Source of the DNA: Candidatus Levyibacteriota bacterium
GTDB lineage: Bacteria > Patescibacteriota > Microgenomatia > Levybacterales > UBA12049
Length of the DNA: 64,000 bases
Reading direction: 5' to 3'
Assembly (NCBI GenBank): GCA_049519175.1
Contig: JBEKQZ010000001.1
Location: forward strand, 335,679-399,678
Part shown: positions 60,929 to 64,000 of the stretch, piece by piece
Layout of the letters: each line of letters opens with the position of its first letter
Numbering within the stretch: the stretch's first letter is position 1
Made by a program: the position numbers and the translations under genes
The notes under the pieces: model-generated
Database searches by the model: none
Seen by the model: only the letters and a program-made list of their open reading frames with translations
Told to the model about the DNA's origin: nothing

Positions 60929-62317
60929 CTAAGACGCTGTTTTGGCAATCGAGTTTATAAAAGTTTTTAACTCATTAAATTTTTCGTCGACAACCTTCTT
61001 ATCATATCCTTCAACGTTAAGCCGCAGTAACGGTTCCGTATTGGATGTCCGGACGTTAAAACGCCAACCGGGATAGGAAAAAGAAACTCCATCAATGTCA
61101 TTGAATTCTCCGTCTTTATATTTCTCTTTTAGCGCAGCGAGAATTTCTTTAGAGTTTAACACCGCGAAATTAAATTCGCCAGATTCATAGCTCCTTCTTA
61201 GCTCCTCAACTATTTGAGACAGGGATTTATTTTCCTCGGAAATAACTTTAAGAACAATTAATATTATCGGTAAATTAGATTCAGCGTTGCCATTTGCTCT
61301 AAAGAACATGTGCCCTGACGACTCACCCGCAAAAATTCCTCCGGTCTTATTCATAGCCTCCGTTATGTAGGCGTGCCCAACTCTGACAATTTCCGATTTC
61401 CCGCCGAATTCTTTAACTATTTTCTGCGGACCCAAAATATCCCGAATATCAAAATAAATAATTTCTCCCGGATATTTTTTTAATAGTTCCCTGGCAACAA
61501 TCGCCGTAATACTGGTAGCGTGAACAATGTTTCCTTTTTCGTCGATAAAATATAGCCTATCGGCATCGCCGTCTGTCGCCAAACCGAGATCGGCATGTTC
61601 TTCAATCACTTTTGCTTGAAGATCTTTTAAGGTTTCGAAGTTGAGGGGGTTTGGTTCATGAACAGGAAAACTGCCATCCAGCTCAAAATTCATTTTGATT
61701 AAATCAGCGGGAACTTTATCAAATAAAGCACTGATATATTGCGCTCCCATAGCATTTCCCGGATCCGCAACTATTTTTAATTTTTTAACCGTGGGATTTC
61801 CAAGTAAGTCTAAAGCAACTTTAACTTCATCTTCCAAGATTCCTGTTTTAGGAGTTATTTTACCCGGTTGGGACGGAGTAATTACTATTTTCTCTTCAGC
61901 AAGGCGCTTAACCTCGTCCATTCCGGTTGGCTTACCAATTTTCACTAATCCTTTCGGGCCACGTAAAGCAAACTTCATACCATTGTATTCTTTCGGATTA
62001 TGGGAAGCAGTTATTTGTATTCCACAGTCATAACCATAATGGAAAACGGCAAAGTAAAAAGATGGCGTTGAAAGTTGCCCGGCGTCTATAACATTTGCAC
62101 CTATCTCAACGAGGGTTTTCTTTGCTACTGCAAAAAGTTGGGGACCCGAGAGTCTCATGTCATACGCAAGGACAATGCTAAGCTGATTTTTACCTATCTT
62201 CTTAAGAAAAAATTTATAAATTGCTTTAATTATTTGAGCGGTGTTCTCTTCGTTTATTTGCGTAGGGTAAATTCCGCGGATGTCGTAAGACTTAAAAATT
62301 GACGGATCTATTTGCAT
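60929..62317 (-). CDS. Phosphoglucomutase/phosphomannomutase (alpha-D-phosphohexomutase family)
   Basis: Active-site Ser loop ITASHNP, metal loop DGDADR and sugar-binding GEESGH blocks. Confidence 0.9.
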   Translation of the reverse strand: MQIDPSIFKSYDIRGIYPTQINEENTAQIIKAIYKFFLKKIGKNQLSIVLAYDMRLSGPQLFAVAKKTLVEIGANVIDAGQLSTPSFYFAVFHYGYDCGIQITASHNPKEYNGMKFALRGPKGLVKIGKPTGMDEVKRLAEEKIVITPSQPGKITPKTGILEDEVKVALDLLGNPTVKKLKIVADPGNAMGAQYISALFDKVPADLIKMNFELDGSFPVHEPNPLNFETLKDLQAKVIEEHADLGLATDGDADRLYFIDEKGNIVHATSITAIVARELLKKYPGEIIYFDIRDILGPQKIVKEFGGKSEIVRVGHAYITEAMNKTGGIFAGESSGHMFFRANGNAESNLPIILIVLKVISEENKSLSQIVEELRRSYESGEFNFAVLNSKEILAALKEKYKDGEFNDIDGVSFSYPGWRFNVRTSNTEPLLRLNVEGYDKKVVDEKFNELKTFINSIAKTAS

Positions 62318-62326
62318 AAATTAATC

Positions 62327-63013
62327 TTATAAATCGGCTAGGAAAAAGTCAATGGACCGCTCCAGAGAATAGGGAATTTTACCGGTTTTTAAAGCTAAAT
62401 CCATCTCGAATAAATTTTGATAAGAAGACTTCAGTTTTTCTTCGCCAAACATTTTCGCTTGTCTTTGCATTTTCCCCAGTTGCCACGGCGCCATTCTTTT
62501 TACCTCGTCAATTTTGTCCGAACCGTCAAGATCAAGCATTATTCTGAACTGCCGAACTAGCATAAAGAAAATTAACTCAACTTCCATGCTTTGTTTTAAT
62601 TCATGAAAAAGTTTGATCAGCATTTCCGCATTATTTGGTCTAACATTATCTAAAAAAGTGAATAGGATTTGCGGAAAAGAAAAAGTTTTAACCGTGGCGT
62701 TTTTTAAAAGCGCTTGACTTGTTTTAGAAAGTTCGGTCGATTCCCAAAAAACAATTGACAAGTTTTTATTGCTATTTAGATACTCGACAATCTTTTTCGT
62801 TTCGATTGCCGTCGATTTATTCTTAGTGAAAAAGTTTTCAACTAGAATCGTCTGCTCGCTGCCAAACAGCGATTTATTTTCGGCGTTTTGGAAAAACTGG
62901 TCGAAAGTTAAACCATCCCCTTCCAATAAAATTACATCAATCAGTTTATTTTTTTCCTCGAAATAAAAGTTACGCGAAGCCGCTAAATCGTTTCCGTGAA
63001 TTAGCAATATCAT
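62327..63013 (-). CDS. Possible short DNA polymerase III delta subunit (HolA-like); weak
   Basis: Helical 228-aa protein with a HolA-like N-terminal LLIHGND...L pattern. Low confidence. Confidence 0.4.
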   Translation of the reverse strand: MILLIHGNDLAASRNFYFEEKNKLIDVILLEGDGLTFDQFFQNAENKSLFGSEQTILVENFFTKNKSTAIETKKIVEYLNSNKNLSIVFWESTELSKTSQALLKNATVKTFSFPQILFTFLDNVRPNNAEMLIKLFHELKQSMEVELIFFMLVRQFRIMLDLDGSDKIDEVKRMAPWQLGKMQRQAKMFGEEKLKSSYQNLFEMDLALKTGKIPYSLERSIDFFLADL

Positions 63014-63014
63014 A

Positions 63015-63449
63015 CTATTTATTAATTATAGCCTTTCTATACTCGTCATACAGCATATTGGCGGTTTTTTGCAAATGACGACTTTGCGTAATATGTGGAA
63101 CCAAGGCGCCGGAAAAATTGCGGGGAATATGCAGTAACTCGTGGATTAAGACCTTAATTTTTTCTTCCGGACCCAATTTATCGTAGTGCCTCGCTAAAAC
63201 TTCTATGACATACGCCGGTTCCAATCCCAAAGCGTCCTGAAAAATCTTGGGAAACGACCAAATCCGGGCATAAGAACGCGATTTTGAACCCTGGGTGCGG
63301 TAACAAAAAATTTTATTCGGCTTAACGTAAGGCAAGTCGATAGTTCTGAGGATTTGCGTAACGTCTTTTTTAACATCCGGCGCTTTTTCCCATCCCAATT
63401 TCGAAGTTTGAATTTTGGTTTGCGTAGTTTTGACTTTTGAAAATTTCAT
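63015..63449 (-). CDS. Small HExxH-motif protein, putative zinc metallopeptidase/hydrolase
   Basis: HELLH at residues ~113-117, followed by a further His (..LVPH..). Confidence 0.35.
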   Translation of the reverse strand: MKFSKVKTTQTKIQTSKLGWEKAPDVKKDVTQILRTIDLPYVKPNKIFCYRTQGSKSRSYARIWSFPKIFQDALGLEPAYVIEVLARHYDKLGPEEKIKVLIHELLHIPRNFSGALVPHITQSRHLQKTANMLYDEYRKAIINK

Positions 63450-63467
63450 TAATCTTTAATCAGTAAT

Positions 63468-63995
63468 CTAGGTGTGTTTGTCTGCCACATAAGATGCAGC
63501 ATAGGCATTCGGCTTGGTTCTGGCGACAAAACCGTTGCCGGTGACCATTCCAACCACTTCTTTAATCATGTTGCGTGTTTCGCCGTGCTCGCCAACATCA
63601 ACGTGAATTTCCAGATTATAATTCGGCGCTTTGCCGTTTAGTTGCCTACGAAAAAGCGGCACGAAAACGGTAGCGAAATTTAAGGAGGTTAATGTTTCAG
63701 TATAAATTTTCTCCCGCAAGGTGTGGATGTTTTTCACCGTTTGTCTTCGCCAGAAATACTGTCCGCCAAAACCTTTACGGTGAATGACAATTGCCGTCAC
63801 CAAATTAATATCCTTGGTTCCGTCAAGCGGTTTTTTCGAAGCGGTTTTTTCGTGCGAATCGGTGCCAATTACCAAGCTATATTCGGCATTCGGGTCTTCT
63901 TCCAAAAAATGTTTAATGTCACCGATAATTTGGTCTACATCCTGTTTACCATAGGTTGCGCTTTGAAAAATTTCGTCCGTCAAATCCTGGTTCAT
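63468..63995 (-). CDS. Hypothetical protein (175 aa), possibly RNase-H-like fold (YkuK/DUF458-like); weak
   Basis: Only a vague resemblance (..YSLVIGTDSH.., acidic residues). No firm motif. Confidence 0.3.
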   Translation of the reverse strand: MNQDLTDEIFQSATYGKQDVDQIIGDIKHFLEEDPNAEYSLVIGTDSHEKTASKKPLDGTKDINLVTAIVIHRKGFGGQYFWRRQTVKNIHTLREKIYTETLTSLNFATVFVPLFRRQLNGKAPNYNLEIHVDVGEHGETRNMIKEVVGMVTGNGFVARTKPNAYAASYVADKHT

Positions 63996-64000
63996 AAATT

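Overview
This 64-kb window looks like it comes from a low-GC, compact genome of Candidate-Phyla-Radiation/Patescibacteria type. The signs are a short ATP-synthase delta subunit, pervasive 1-11 nt gene overlaps and many GT-C-like membrane proteins. The taxonomic call is inference only. Both TGA and TAG end confidently called genes, so the standard code applies. The window splits into two parts.

**Part 1, ~1..28,680: a very AT-rich cell-surface glycan biosynthesis/assembly island.**
- Six GT2 glycosyltransferases, one of them fused to a GT-C-type membrane domain, plus one GT4.
- At least seven large polytopic membrane proteins, likely GT-C-fold or polymerase/ligase-like, including a Wzy/WaaL-like protein.
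- A Wzx flippase.
- A WbpB/WbpD/WbpE-like trio (oxidoreductase, N-acetyltransferase, aminotransferase) expected to make a 3-amino-3-deoxy sugar.
- An LmbE-type deacetylase, an ATP-grasp ligase and a PHP phosphoesterase.
- RmlC, an NAD-dependent epimerase, and two tandem zinc-ribbon NDP-hexose C-methyltransferase paralogs.
- An Ig-like surface protein, with the island ending at tRNA-Thr(CGT).
- A heptanucleotide tract (AATTTCC)x4 inside one GT2 gene is a candidate phase-variation switch.

**Part 2, 28,686..64,000: housekeeping genes at roughly 45% GC.**
- A single co-directional, overlapping minus-strand array: polX, lemA, htpX, murT, gatD, gatC, gatA, gatB, a GGDEF protein, dnaE, then atpBEFHAGDC.
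- tRNA-Asp, a LysM protein, tRNA-Gly, pyrG, rplS, yraN and a nitroreductase.
- A strongly promoted small ORF whose frame stays open for 95 codons past an in-frame TAG.
- Divergent uvrB and lexA, then DedA, rsmI, eno, PEP synthase, a cupin-type PGI, a PMI-like cupin, PGM/PMM and three small poorly characterised proteins.

No rRNA, CRISPR array, integrase or transposase is visible.
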